The position numbers were made by a program, and so were the translations under genes. From Rotaria socialis (lineage: Eukaryota), in assembly GCA_905331295.1 (NCBI GenBank), contig CAJNYD010000319.1, positions 1-47,738 on the forward strand: 47,738 nt of DNA, read 5' to 3'. The notes beneath the pieces were generated by a model, which worked only from the letters and a program-made list of their open reading frames with translations, was not told where the DNA came from and did no database searches. The first letter of the stretch is position 1. Each line of letters opens with the position of its first letter. Below are positions 35,136 through 47,034 of this stretch, one piece after another.

Positions 35136-37571
35136 TCATGTTATATAATTTAGTGGATCACTGAATAGATCGGTATCAAAATGATTCTTACTATTCGATG
35201 ATGGATCATAATAACCGTTTAATTTTAAGGACATATGTGTCGTACTTGGTAGAAAAACAGAATAAAAGAAAGATGGCAGATTTTGTACATATAACCATGG
35301 GATATTCATAAAACATTGAGTTACATGATGATTCAGTGATCGTAGTTGTGATACCAAGAAAATAATATCACAAAATTCGATTGATCTTCGTGCATTTATA
35401 TTCGAACGACGAGCTAAAATATGAATAATTTTTTGAATCGAAACTAAAGGCGATCATATCGTTTACCTTGAGTATATTCGGCCAATGCTTCAACACACTC
35501 ATATTGTAATTTTAACCAAGACTTGTGATTTTCAGTCATTAAATTACAATCTAATGAAGTAGAATGAAATGGTTCTTGTTTGTCAGTCGACAAAATTGAT
35601 CTTACTTTTTCGAGTAATAAGCATTAATAAAAGCAGTGACAGTTCTTTTTCATCTAAAAGAAGATCTTTGAATTGTAATTCAAATGATCGAAATGCATCT
35701 TCAGCTTGCATTAATTGCGGAGCATGTGCACTCAGTTCCATGGATAATGTTGCTTCTGCATGCCAATAATTCCATGTTGATTGATTATTTTCATGCAAAG
35801 AGTTCAATAGTATTTTGTCATATAACAGTTTAATAATAATAACGGAATTAATTGACGATGAAATAATTTCCCATTGGTCAGGCATACTTGTGAAATCTAT
35901 GAAAATAATTTTTGCTTTAAAAAAGAAAATACTCGTAACATGAATCTATTCCCTTTCACCGTATAGATCGTGAAAGGGAATAGATTATATGAAATAATTT
36001 TAAACAAATACGGAAGGAAAACAACATCATCAACAAGAAAAGACCAAAAACAGAAAAGTATGATGCAATATGATGATGATGACGTATGTTACCCGGTATT
36101 ATTTTCTGACAAAAATTCATTACGGCTTGAGCATAAATAATCATCTGTGAAGCCATTGTTGACCAAACGGTTTCACGTGGAATACATTGAGGTAAATCCT
36201 ATAGATATATAAAAGCAAAAATAAAACGATTTGTATCAAAGACAATCGAATTATCTCTGCTTTGTTAAATGACGAACAAAAATAGTTGCGAAAAGAAAAA
36301 ATACCTTTAAATATAGAAGATAATAATAATGAACTTTTTCAATGAATTCTTTTATTGTTGGTGAAATTTCATCATCAATTTCATTCGTAGATGCAAATAC
36401 TAAAACGTAAAACAGTTTTAAATATCTATTTGAATTAGAAAAATGTTGCCCTTTTACTTTTTTCAGTTTTAGTTACTGTTTTTCGTCGTTTAGCTATCGA
36501 TGCAATACGAGCCGAATCTGTGACAGTTGCCATTGACGTGGACGAATTTTGAAATTGTCGAATACTAATTGTAGTCAATTTTTTGTTTAGAATTTATTAT
36601 CATTCATTTCAATTTACTTTTCTTTAAAAAGATTTGATTGGCGACCAATTCTTGAAGCTAAAATTAATTCAAACACTGTTGAATAGAAAGAGACAAAATA
36701 GTATTACTGACCATTCATAGACATTCCAGCTTCAATGCATTTTCGAAATCGACATGCTCTACAAGTTGTTTTCGATGTTGAAACAATTTCGCAATTATTA
36801 TTTTCAGTACAATAATAGCGGTCAGGAGCATTTTCTTTTATCGATCGACGGAAAAAACCCTTTTTTTTTGTAGATAATAATCTCGTCGTAAAATATTTTT
36901 TATTTTTCTTACTTTACAAGCTTCACATGTAACAGCACCAAAATGAATACCTGACGCTGATGCATTGCAGATAACACATGGTAATTTTTTATATAAATTT
37001 TCTAATTTTAATCCAGCTGGCTCTGAAATTCTTCCTATACAACACAAATAAACATAAGAAAAGAAAATTTACCATGAATTTTCATGCCAACAGAAATACA
37101 TTTCTGTAATCTACAATATTGGCATTGCGTTCGAGAACGTTTCGTCATTGAACAACTTAAATTTCTTTGACATTTCAATTGTTTCTTTCCATTGCATGGT
37201 GAAATTGAACGTAAAAAGAATTTCTAAATAGTTTTTTTTTCATTTATTACAAAATATCAAAGAGGGTACTCGATTTTATTTTTACTTTGCATGCTTCACA
37301 TGTTATTGCTCTAAAAATATTGACAAAATATTCAGCCATCAATGAGAAAATAACTAATTTACCCGTAGTGCCATCCCGATGCTAAATCACCACAAACTTG
37401 ACAATGTTCATCTTCCTTCAGATCGTTTGATATCATCTGGCGACTGTGTTCTAGTGTTTCTTGTTCCATATTCTTATTACTACTCTGTTGATGATCGTAG
37501 GCGTAAATATATTGAGAATAATGATCGTTTGAACGAGTTGGCGAAGAATTTACATATACAATTGTGGACAT
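35136..37571 (-). CDS. Nuclear hormone receptor with two tandem DNA-binding domains (2DBD-NR), ~551 aa, 12 coding exons
   Basis: Exons 37571-37363, 37310-37286, 37223-37073, 37034-36913, 36859-36712, 36657-36618, 36564-36458, 36399-36305, 36198-36093, 35896-35606, 35550-35467, 35413-35136, all GT-AG and in frame. DBD1 CQVC...CEACKKFF...CRLQKC..VGM; DBD2 CVIC...CEACKGFFRR...CRFRKC..AGM; divergent LBD-like C-terminus. The start codon is uncertain. Confidence 0.9.
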
Positions 37572-38630
37572 TGTGACTTGAGAAGATTCTATAGAAATAA
37601 AAACCATAATATTAACTACAAGATCATTATTCTTATCATTTAAAAACTAAATTTCAAACGTGTATATCAGTTCCTATTTACCATACCTAGAGATTAGAAT
37701 TGAATAGAAGCGGTTGAAAAATAACTGAAAGTTGTAGCTTCGAGAATGATGAACATGAATGCTGCTACTGTTCAACCACTAAAAGGTCAAAAGTGACATG
37801 TTGTCATTTGAATGAGAAAGAGAGTGAGAAAGAACGAAAAGAAAAAAGTATCTATCTGTGTGTAAGAATGTGTTTATTGCCATAAAAAAAAAGAAAGCGA
37901 GCGATAATAAGACCATTAAAATACCATTTATATCACTCTCTCCCTAACGTTTTATTCTTGATTCGCCATATTGCTGTATATTATAAATCATTTGGTATCA
38001 TGACAGATTGCTTTTTGAACGAGTTCAATGACGAAGATATACTCTCTTTTACCTTCTGGCTGCTTATTTTAGATTGACTAAGAGAGATGAAACAGTTATG
38101 AACCATTATACTCGCTTTTCAATGTTATGACATGTGAGTGTTATGTTTTAAAAAATAGCACGCACTCTCAGTATTGATGCACGAGAAAGAAATGTAGATC
38201 TTATCATTCGTATGTGAAAATCGCATCTATCATACATAGATACAAAGATAACAATGTTTGTTTTTCTTTTGACAATAAACTATTTTCATGGTTTAAAGTT
38301 CACTCGACGCATAACCAATGGATAAAGGCATGTGGATATTTTTCGCAGTTGAAACCTTTTGTTTTGAAGAAAGATTTGTTGCAAATGAATAATTCATGAT
38401 TCATATCTTCGCATTTTGTTTTTGAATCGTCGGGAAAAAATCTGGTCGGAATGCTGCTTCCATGCTCCGGTGTTTTCCTGTAGGATACGGCGATTTTCCA
38501 GCATATTTCGTACAGTATCCGATGGCCGGAACGATCAAACTGCGTTTGACAGCACAAAAAGATATATACTTATGTTCATCATAACTTGATAGAGCAAAAC
38601 TCAAACATCTTTCACCGATGATTTGATCAT

Positions 38631-38701
38631 ACCGGTGTAGTCTAATGTTAGGATAAGAGGCCTTCAACCTCTCAGTCTGGGTTCAAATCCCAGCATCGGT
38701 A
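38631..38701 (+). tRNA. Atypical tRNA gene, nominal anticodon TTC (Glu)
   Basis: Acceptor ACCGGTG/CATCGGT, D arm GTCT..GGAT, anticodon stem AGAGG/CCTCT with loop CCTTCAA, T arm CTGGG-TTCAAAT-CCCAG, downstream T-run. C33 and the missing D-loop GG are non-canonical. Confidence 0.75.
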
Positions 38702-38959
38702 GTTCTTTTTTTCTTTTCAGTTCTTTTATAGTCATTGCATCATTGATCGACAAGAATTGCGTAATTTTTATGCGTTTTGTTTACAAAAAATTGTTGATTG
38801 TTTCATTTCTATTCAAATAAGCATACATATATATTTTAGCGTTGCAAATCTTGCATTAACACTAAACCCATGAAGTAAACCATGGTATATGATATTATAT
38901 TTCAACAAAGTACAACATCTAATCATAAGAATTCTAGCAAAAACAAATTCTTGATGTTT

Positions 38960-40790
38960 CAAGCATTCGAAATTAACATAACGAGAACCATTTATGTGAC
39001 ACTTCGTCGAACAAAATATATTTTTCATTTTACAAGTACATTGCTTTGTTTTAAAAACACTTTTGCAGGAGCAGGCGATTCCCTCCATATTACCATATGT
39101 GCATATAAATTCGAGGCAGTTATAATTAATATTTCTTCTAGTTCATTTATACAATAGAAAAAAAATGTTTTGATTGAATTTTTAATTTAATGTTACGATG
39201 AAATCGATGATAAGGATAAATTTTTGTTTGAAATTTCACGACGTTTCGATCATTTTACGATTATTTGTTGATAAAATAACTGATGTTTATATTGAAATAA
39301 ATGATTATCTAGCTGATTTATGTTTATTCAACCTATTTCTCATTTTTAAATGATCACTATTGATTAATAGTATATAATGGTTATACATACTACGTTGATC
39401 ATCTCATCATTTTTTTCAAATACAACTGAAGACTATAATTTTGGATTAGTATTAGTGCGGTCAATTTTTTCGATTTTAATGAAATCCAATGCTAACACCA
39501 ACGGAGTAGCTCGAAGATAAATCTTCCACAATTTGATTATGATTTTTAATTATAATTTGAATGATTTGGTTCTTTATGTCGAATAGACTGGTTAAACAAA
39601 ATGAAAGAAAATAAGCTTGTTAAAAATGTCATTCTTTCAGAGTTAAGCTTTGTTGTTTATACTAATTTTCTAAATCTTTCCGGCGAGTGTTCATATTGAC
39701 GAATAATGTTTTTGTGTCGGTAATTTTCCGATAGTTAATATCTGTCGATTTATACTATGACTTAAATTAATATTAAAACGATGATGCCATCCTTCTAATC
39801 TATTATTAGTACAGGAACTCTGAAAGCCATAAAAATTCCATAGTGAACCATCGAACATTGCATCATCATCTACTCATGAATTGTTTTCATAAGCATAAGA
39901 TTATTTAGATATTTTCTCTTGATATTGGTTCATGATCTATATCCATAGTTTTCCTACTTTTTGTAGTGACATAAATGTAAGTGCACATGTTTACTTCTAA
40001 AGAGTTACTAATTTCACAGGTATCGCTTAGATATAATATTAGTATATGTTGATTGAACTCAAAATTTCTGTGGTTTTGTGTATATGCATTGGTTAAAGTG
40101 AAAATTACATCATTTTATTGTTGAATTAGGAAATACTAACTTGATAAACAGCAGTATTAACTATTGCGTCTTGTGTCTGTCACTAATTCACATAGATTAA
40201 TTAGTTTATTTGATAAGAATTAAAGTATATAAAAGACGCTATATGTTGAGATAATAGAAAAAGGTGTTTGCTACTGGTCAATAACATCAACATGTGGTGA
40301 CTTGGAAGAAATGGATTTTTTGAAGTATCGTTGTTCACAACACATTCAGAAATAGCAGGTGGTACATCTTCTTCGTTGCTGATGTTTCAATTACAGAATA
40401 CATTTCAGTCATGTAGGTTTTACATTGTTGATCTATTGACTTCCATAATTGAAAAATCATACGCATAGATTTTTGACCAAATACGATTTCGTAGAGGATT
40501 GTATTAATACCACGAACTAAAATAGTATTGGTGGAGAATACCATTTAAAGAAGATGTAGCTCTGCTCGTTGTTCTACATTCTGTCATATATTTATGTTGC
40601 ATTTCCTCTCTCAACTACTAGTCATTGACTTTGAACGTGACTTGGTCTTCCATTAAGAATTCAGTTTTTTGATAACACTAGTAGTGAATTCTTACTGCTA
40701 TCAGATTATAATGTTTAAAATAGGCGAAACTAATTAAATAATGCGTTGTAGTGCTCAGCAATAATTTGCGCTGCTTTCCATTTGAACCTA
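38960..40790 (-). pseudogene. Degraded rve-integrase gene (KRBA2/SCAND3/Ginger-like) with Cys-rich C-terminus
   Basis: Broken motifs in the expected order on the minus strand: L*SDS (cf. LQSDNG, ~40700), GRPSHVQSQ*LVVERGN (~40605-40655), YEIVFGQK, KIDRTNTNPK (~39450), CSCK..KTKQCTCK...FCSTKCH. Many stops and frameshifts; boundaries approximate. Confidence 0.7.
39600..40115 (-). mobile_element. Mutator/MULE transposase fossil nested in the integrase remnant
   Basis: Minus-strand CNFHFNQCIY (CxxH motif, ~40080-40110) and WNFYGFQSSCTNNRLEGWHHRFN (catalytic Glu motif, 39772-39840). Stops present; boundaries approximate. Confidence 0.75.
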
Positions 40791-41897
40791 TATGACCATT
40801 ATTATTCTGAACAGTAACTGTGACAATAAAAAGTTCAATAATTGAATTCAAGTGTCAAGTATGACATTGCTGATAGAATTTGAATTCGTTCAATCGTGGA
40901 GCATTCATTCATCTGTCTCTTTTCTATATATTATTTAATATATCCAACTGAAGTTTATCTAACGAATATATTTGATATTATTTGTAAACGAAAATGAAGC
41001 AGAATGAAATGAATTTATATTTCATCACTACTACAACACATCTTTTATTATGATCAGTATCGATAAACTTGTAGGAATAACGTTATTACCGATGACGGCA
41101 TATCGTTATACTCAGAACACTACTCTATCGTCCCATTTGTATTTGCTTCACACAGAATTCGATTTTATATACGAAAGAGGAAACGAGAAAGAAATGAAAA
41201 CAGGATGAACTATTATCAGGCATACGGTCAGAGCATCCATAGATGTCATGACCTCTTGCTTTCTCATTATTGAACCAATAGAAGATAAAGATAGATCATT
41301 ACCTTATTTATTTGCACACTATTCATGAACTGTTCTAATACTTCCCAACGACTGCATCTACGGTAAGCTTTTATCTTATTTTTCTGAATAGATATATAAT
41401 CGCAATTATTCTCAGTATCATGAAACTATTAAAAAAATGAAAAGATTTTCCCGTATGGTACAGACATTACTGACAAGTAGCTCCATTTCTGAACAAGATT
41501 TCTATTGAATACTATTGAACCAGTGAATTTTCATTCTTGTATCTGATTAATTAATTGTTAGCTGGCAATTTATTCGACCGCTATGCATGTTTATTCTTTT
41601 TCAGTAGCGCATCATTGATACAGAAATCTTTTAAATGTTTACGTAGTCAATATGATATTCATATCTAATCATATATGGTATGCGAATGATAGTCACTATG
41701 GTTCCAGGAAATTTTCTTAAAAAAATTTAGAAAATGACAAACACATTGTCAGATTAACATTTTATCCTTATGAAATAAACAAAAAACCTGTACAGCTGAC
41801 TGCAACATACGATTTTGAAACTTTCCATTATGCAGATAGGAAGCGTGTTTTTTTTTCTAGATATAACTATTTAGCAATATTGAAACCCGTGTGATTC

Positions 41898-43074
41898 ATG
41901 TGTATGGATGTCAGAGATTCTTTGTTTGAAAATAAAGGTAAACACGTCAAAATTTTTGTATCACTTACTACAATTTACAAAAATAGGTCTATCATCATTC
42001 GAGTCATTGAGCGTAGAGTTACTCTACGAACTGCTCGAATATTTCAATCTCGAACAAATTCTCCATTCGTTCACCAATGTCAGTTCACATCTTGACTGGA
42101 TTATCTTCAATGATCATTGTTTTCATTTTCGAGACGTCCAACTATCATCTGAATCGCGTCATCTTCATCCTCAAATTGATGCAACTCGAATTATTTCACT
42201 CACATTAAATCATAATTCAGTTTGTCTTTCAAAATTTATCAATCTGCGTTCATTTTCCTTACGAACACGGTGCGGCCATCCAGATAGACTCAGAAAAACG
42301 AGTGAAGAGGTATGAAAAATAATATTTTTTCATATGTTACTAGGGCTACATTTCATGTCGCATGAAAAAAAATTATGTTTATTGCAGCTTTTAGCTTTGA
42401 AAAAACTCACATCGTTTAAACTTAACATCACCGGATACTTTTGGAATGGTGAAGATGACTACGAGGATCCAGAGGACGAAAGCCATGGTTTGATTCCGGC
42501 TGCATTAGCTCACTCCACACTTAAGTGTTTCACATTGAAAGCTCCTTACGTTTCGTTCCCAGAATGTAACAACGGCTTACCATCTTCTCTACCCGTATCA
42601 TCGTCTCTGCAATACGTCGAAATACCATCATATTTTACTTCGTTCTGTTTCGTTGATCCGCTTAACTTATTTCCAGTAGTTCGTCATATTTATTTTGGAT
42701 CGCGTCGACCCCATCGGCTTGTTCATCCACATGTGCACCTTTGCAGTCTCGTTCTCGAAATATACTACTGGCCTGTCGTTGATTTGTATTCATTTCTCAT
42801 TCAATTAGTCGTCTTGAAAAAGCTTACAGTGTACGGCTTTGTTGATTTCAAGGAAAAACAAATATTCGATTGTACTTGTCTTCTTCCTCTCATGTCGGCC
42901 CTTCGAGTGGTTGATATTAATGTATCAATTCATGTACTACCAGATGATGAAACAGTTGAGCAATTCAAACAAGAACTAGAGAAAGAACGTATTCGAAGCA
43001 TGTGGCAAGAACTTCAAATAACACCTGTTGTTGAGTCTTGCACAAGACTGAAAGGTCTACTCAAAAAGAAATAA
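41898..43074 (+). CDS. F-box-like / degenerate LRR protein, ~349 aa, 3 exons
   Basis: Exons 41898-41937, 41987-42309, 42388-43074 are phase-compatible. N-terminal FESLSVELLYELLEYF...HSF F-box-like motif followed by LxxLxL-type segments. Confidence 0.7.
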
Positions 43075-43289
43075 ACTCATGTTTTGTGATGTATTTTCTT
43101 TTCTTTGTTAAATCTTTTTGTGTCATAGAAAAATTACTTGTAGAGACATTTTCAAAAGAAATTTCCTTTCATTAATAAATATCTTGGTGTACTCGTAGTT
43201 TATATTCTAACTTATAATTTCCTGTAAGTGAAATGAATTACTGGTGAAGAATGATAACATCACATCAAAATTTACAGAAAGCAAATGAT

Positions 43290-43379
43290 GTGGGTGTGGG
43301 TGGGTGTAGGATGTTGATTTGGGTATTGCTGTGGTTACGGTATCAATATAAAATCTGCCAAAGCCCCACCCACACCCAC
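43290..43379. repeat. Inverted repeat made of TGTGGG-like units
   Basis: GTGGGTGTGGGTGGG (43290-43304) and its exact reverse complement (43365-43379), with a 60-nt spacer. Followed by AACCG/CGGTT repeats at ~43402-43443. Confidence 0.85.
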
Positions 43380-46248
43380 CTTTTTAGTTTTCAAAAATTT
43401 TTAACCGAACCGATTTCGGTTCGGTCGGTTTGGTTCGGTTCGGAATCGACTGTAGTCGCATCTCTGGTGCACATGCTTGAAAAAAAAAGACGATGAGGTA
43501 AAGTAAATAGGAATGGCTTAAATAATGTTGCTATGGAAGAAAATGTAAGAAAAAAAGCCATTTGCAAAAAAGTCAAGCAAACATCACCAGTTTTAAAAAA
43601 ATTCTTTCCAACAACAACTGCACATCATTGGTTTCAAATTCTTGATCGTGGTAAGCTACGTGCAAGACACTATTCCATATGTTATATACTTAGCGCCACA
43701 ACGCTAGGAATAGCCCAATCTTCCACGTCTATTTCTCTTTATTTTATAAGTTTGAGGTATTAATTCAATAACAAAACCAAAATCAGTATAATTTTACTTG
43801 GAATTTATGGAGAGTATAGAGTATACAGAATAGAGCCCCATTTGTAAACAATAGATGTAGATAAATGTAACAAAAAGAAAACTTCTACTCGCATGAAAAT
43901 TCATAACAATGAAATTGGAACACTTGCCTTTACTTATACAGGTAAATGTAACACCTTATTTGAGTTTTACACATTCCCAGTAATTAACTGATTTGTATGA
44001 GATCATTCGTTAGTTGTTTAATGAGTACAGGTTTATTCTCTGACCAATGCTGGTATTTTAGACGAGGATCATTGAGCACAACATCGGCAAGAAGTTTCAT
44101 TGGCTGATGATGTTGTACAAACATAAAAGTCCACACCCACACCCTCAAATCAAACCTGTTTTGCAAGGGAATAAACAAAGCTTTAGGCTGCCATCCAACG
44201 CCTTTGAGTTGCAACAAAATATTTTCGAGACCAGACAAATAAGGTTACTCATGACTAGTAGAGTTGTGAAAAGTGAAGAGAAGCCTTACTACTCAGTACG
44301 TTTCTGTAAACCCAAGCGAAGGTTTTTTCCACTCAATAAAAAGCCCCATCAACATGGGACACCGCTATTTTTAAACAATTCATCAAGGTCTGTATAGCTT
44401 GCAATTGAATGTAACAGTATCGAATAATAGAAAATACTTCTAGTAAGTCATTTATCGTTTTTTTCTATCAAATAATATCTTTTATGATGACGAAAGATAT
44501 TAGATTATGATATAAGAATAATTAATCGATGCATACTTTAAATTTTCAATGAAGGAAATGTTCTAGTAAAGAAAGTTCGCATTATTTCAATGAAATCTTA
44601 CTTCAAGAAGTATTTTTAGGAGTAGAATTCCATTGAATATATACTGAGTATTTTAGATGGTATTGTCACTAGAGAGTTCAAAATATGTTCGAAAAACAAA
44701 CATTTATTTTCTAAACTCTTTTCAGTTCTGGCCAATTTTTTTAATTTCGTAATAAGCATTCTAAGTGACCCATGAGTATTTCGGACATTATTGAATAAAT
44801 CTATCTGTGATTTCTTTTAATTGTTCATTTGCTCATCTCACACATAGTTACAGTCACTCTGAGTCCATATGATTACTTTTTTTCTCATGTTTTGCAAAAA
44901 TAGATGATAAAAATGTTAATTTTTGCATATCAAGTTCCATGGTAGAATAAAAGCGCCATCACGTTTTATCATTGTAATTTATTAGATATTTATTTCTATT
45001 ATGCATTTTGAATACTATGTACTTCCGTAGCAGCTCTGCTCTAGAACTTTATATCTGTTTCCAATATAATATCAAAATATGACAAGAGTATGCTAGTATG
45101 AATCTATTTTATTTCATATTATATGAGATTAAACCCCTAAAATTCGATTGCTCTTGAAGATTTAAGCAATAGTGGAGTAAAATGAAGCACTCGGTCTTTA
45201 TTCCTAGACAGTCTTAATGAAATAAATCAAAACTCATATGTTTCCGACAGATTTTAATGCGGCACTCTGTGTAACCAATAATTTACAAAGAGCACTTTTG
45301 GTCTAGCTTCATTATGTAGATCACAAATTATGCCGAGAGAGAAAGTCAACATTACTGAAAAACTATCAAGTCATTTTAGACATCGAAATCTCTTTCGTCG
45401 GACCAAGAGTGTATCAATAGGTAGGGTTTCCCCGATCTTTGGAATCAATTAGGAAGATAGGATCAAGTTTTTTGCCATATTCTTCTGATTGTATCTATAA
45501 TCATGTAGCAGAAAGATTTCTTAGTGATGAAAGAGAAGTCTTAAATAATTTGTGTAATGATTCAGAGTAAGATATGACTGATATGAGATGAAAACAGTCA
45601 ATGAGGACTCATATACTATCAAAAAACCCTACCGGTTGCAACTCTTTACTGGTCACCAATGGGTTTCCGCACAAATGTGCCAATATTCAAACTCTCGCCT
45701 CGGATTATCCTCTCGAAACCATTCTCCAGTTCTTAATTCGACCCCCCTCCCTTCAGAAGGGTTTCGGAGAGAAATGGTGCTTACATTCGAACTCTCCGTC
45801 TCAAATCATTCCACCGAAACCATTGTTTTGAAAACTCGATTTCTATTAGTTCCTAGCCTTACACTTCTCCCATCCCCACAGGGTTTCGAGGCCAATGGAG
45901 CTCATATTTGAACTTCCATATCCAGATTACCTTGGGCACAGACTTCCGCGAGAAGGTAATAAAGCTTATTGCATTTCCGCAAAAATGCTGCGTCCTGATT
46001 GGTTGGAGAACCCTTTGTTTCAGAAAAGGGAATACCATACAGACTAGGTATCGAATAAGAAAATCTTGATCTGGATGCTTCTATATTACTATGTTAGTGT
46101 TCCTTTGGACATAACAATAACGGCAAAAATATGTATAAAAATTTCACATACTAGCTTCTTGGTTGACATCATGATCTGCAAGAATGAGAATGAATATTTT
46201 TCGACACCACCTTGTTGAGAAGGATAAAATAAATAAAAGGCGATCTGT

Positions 46249-46728
46249 GTGCTTATTCCAGAACTACCTAGATTAGATTCAAGTGATGTTCAGTGTATGA
46301 TATGTCGTGATGTCCTGAGAAAGCCAATAGCGTGTCAAACATGCCAAAATCCATTCTGTTCGACATGCATCAATCATTGGCTTAGTGAAAGCCCTGGCCA
46401 GTGTCCGATGAGATGCAGCATATTCGTCCAAGGACCATGTCTTTGATTGATTATTAAACTCCTATCAAGGATGAAGATAATGTGTCCTTATCAGCCACAT
46501 GGTTGTAATGAGGTCAGTGATCTTCTTTCTACTGCTATTATTTCGTTCCAGAGGATAAACGTTTGGATGGCGTCTCCGACGCATTTTTTCAGCATTTCAG
46601 CATCGTTTCAGTAACTCTGATGCTCAAACAATACTGATATGTCGGTGATGCCATAAAAGCGATTATCTCTTGCTTTCATCAATGTGTCGTTCTGGCTTAT
46701 TTCATATGATGCACTTGATAAACATGAG
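46249..46728 (+). pseudogene. Truncated RING + TRAF-type zinc-finger E3 ligase fragment
   Basis: CMIC...CQTCQNPFCSTC...CPMRC, in-frame TGA 46444-46446, then LLSRMKIMCPYQPHGCNE and a GT donor. Later LISYDALDKHE (~46696-46728) runs straight into a G-rich repeat. Confidence 0.7.
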
Positions 46729-46787
46729 GGGTGGGGATGGGTGTGTGTGCCTTTGTTTTCTTCACCCACACCCACACCCACACCCTA

Positions 46788-47034
46788 CCCACTGAAAAAT
46801 ATTCACTGATTTCAATCAAATTATTCTGCAACAAAATCAAAATTATTAATCGATTTACAATCTCGATTTTACGGGAAAATAAGTTTTTTTAATCAAAAAA
46901 TTAGACATTGAAGAATTAATAATATCAAATAATGTTTAAGTCATAATCAGCGATAATCAAAATTATCAATCGATTTTAATTTTGATTTTGTTGCAGAATA
47001 ATTTGATTGAAATCAGTGAACATTTTTCAATGGG
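46788..47034. mobile_element. MITE with long TIRs, 247 bp
   Basis: ~58-bp TIR CCCA(C/T)TGAAAAAT(A/G)TTCACTGATTTCAATCAAATTATTCTGCAACAAAATCAAAATTA with 2 mismatches. TA flanks at 46786-46787 and 47035-47036. Confidence 0.92.

Noticed and set aside
38631..38701. Selenocysteine tRNA
   Set aside because: It lacks the long variable arm and extended acceptor/D stems of tRNA-Sec.
43400..43700. hAT/BED-finger transposase start after the AACCG repeats
   Set aside because: Only a vague 'KAICKK' similarity; no TIR pair, TSD or catalytic motifs found.
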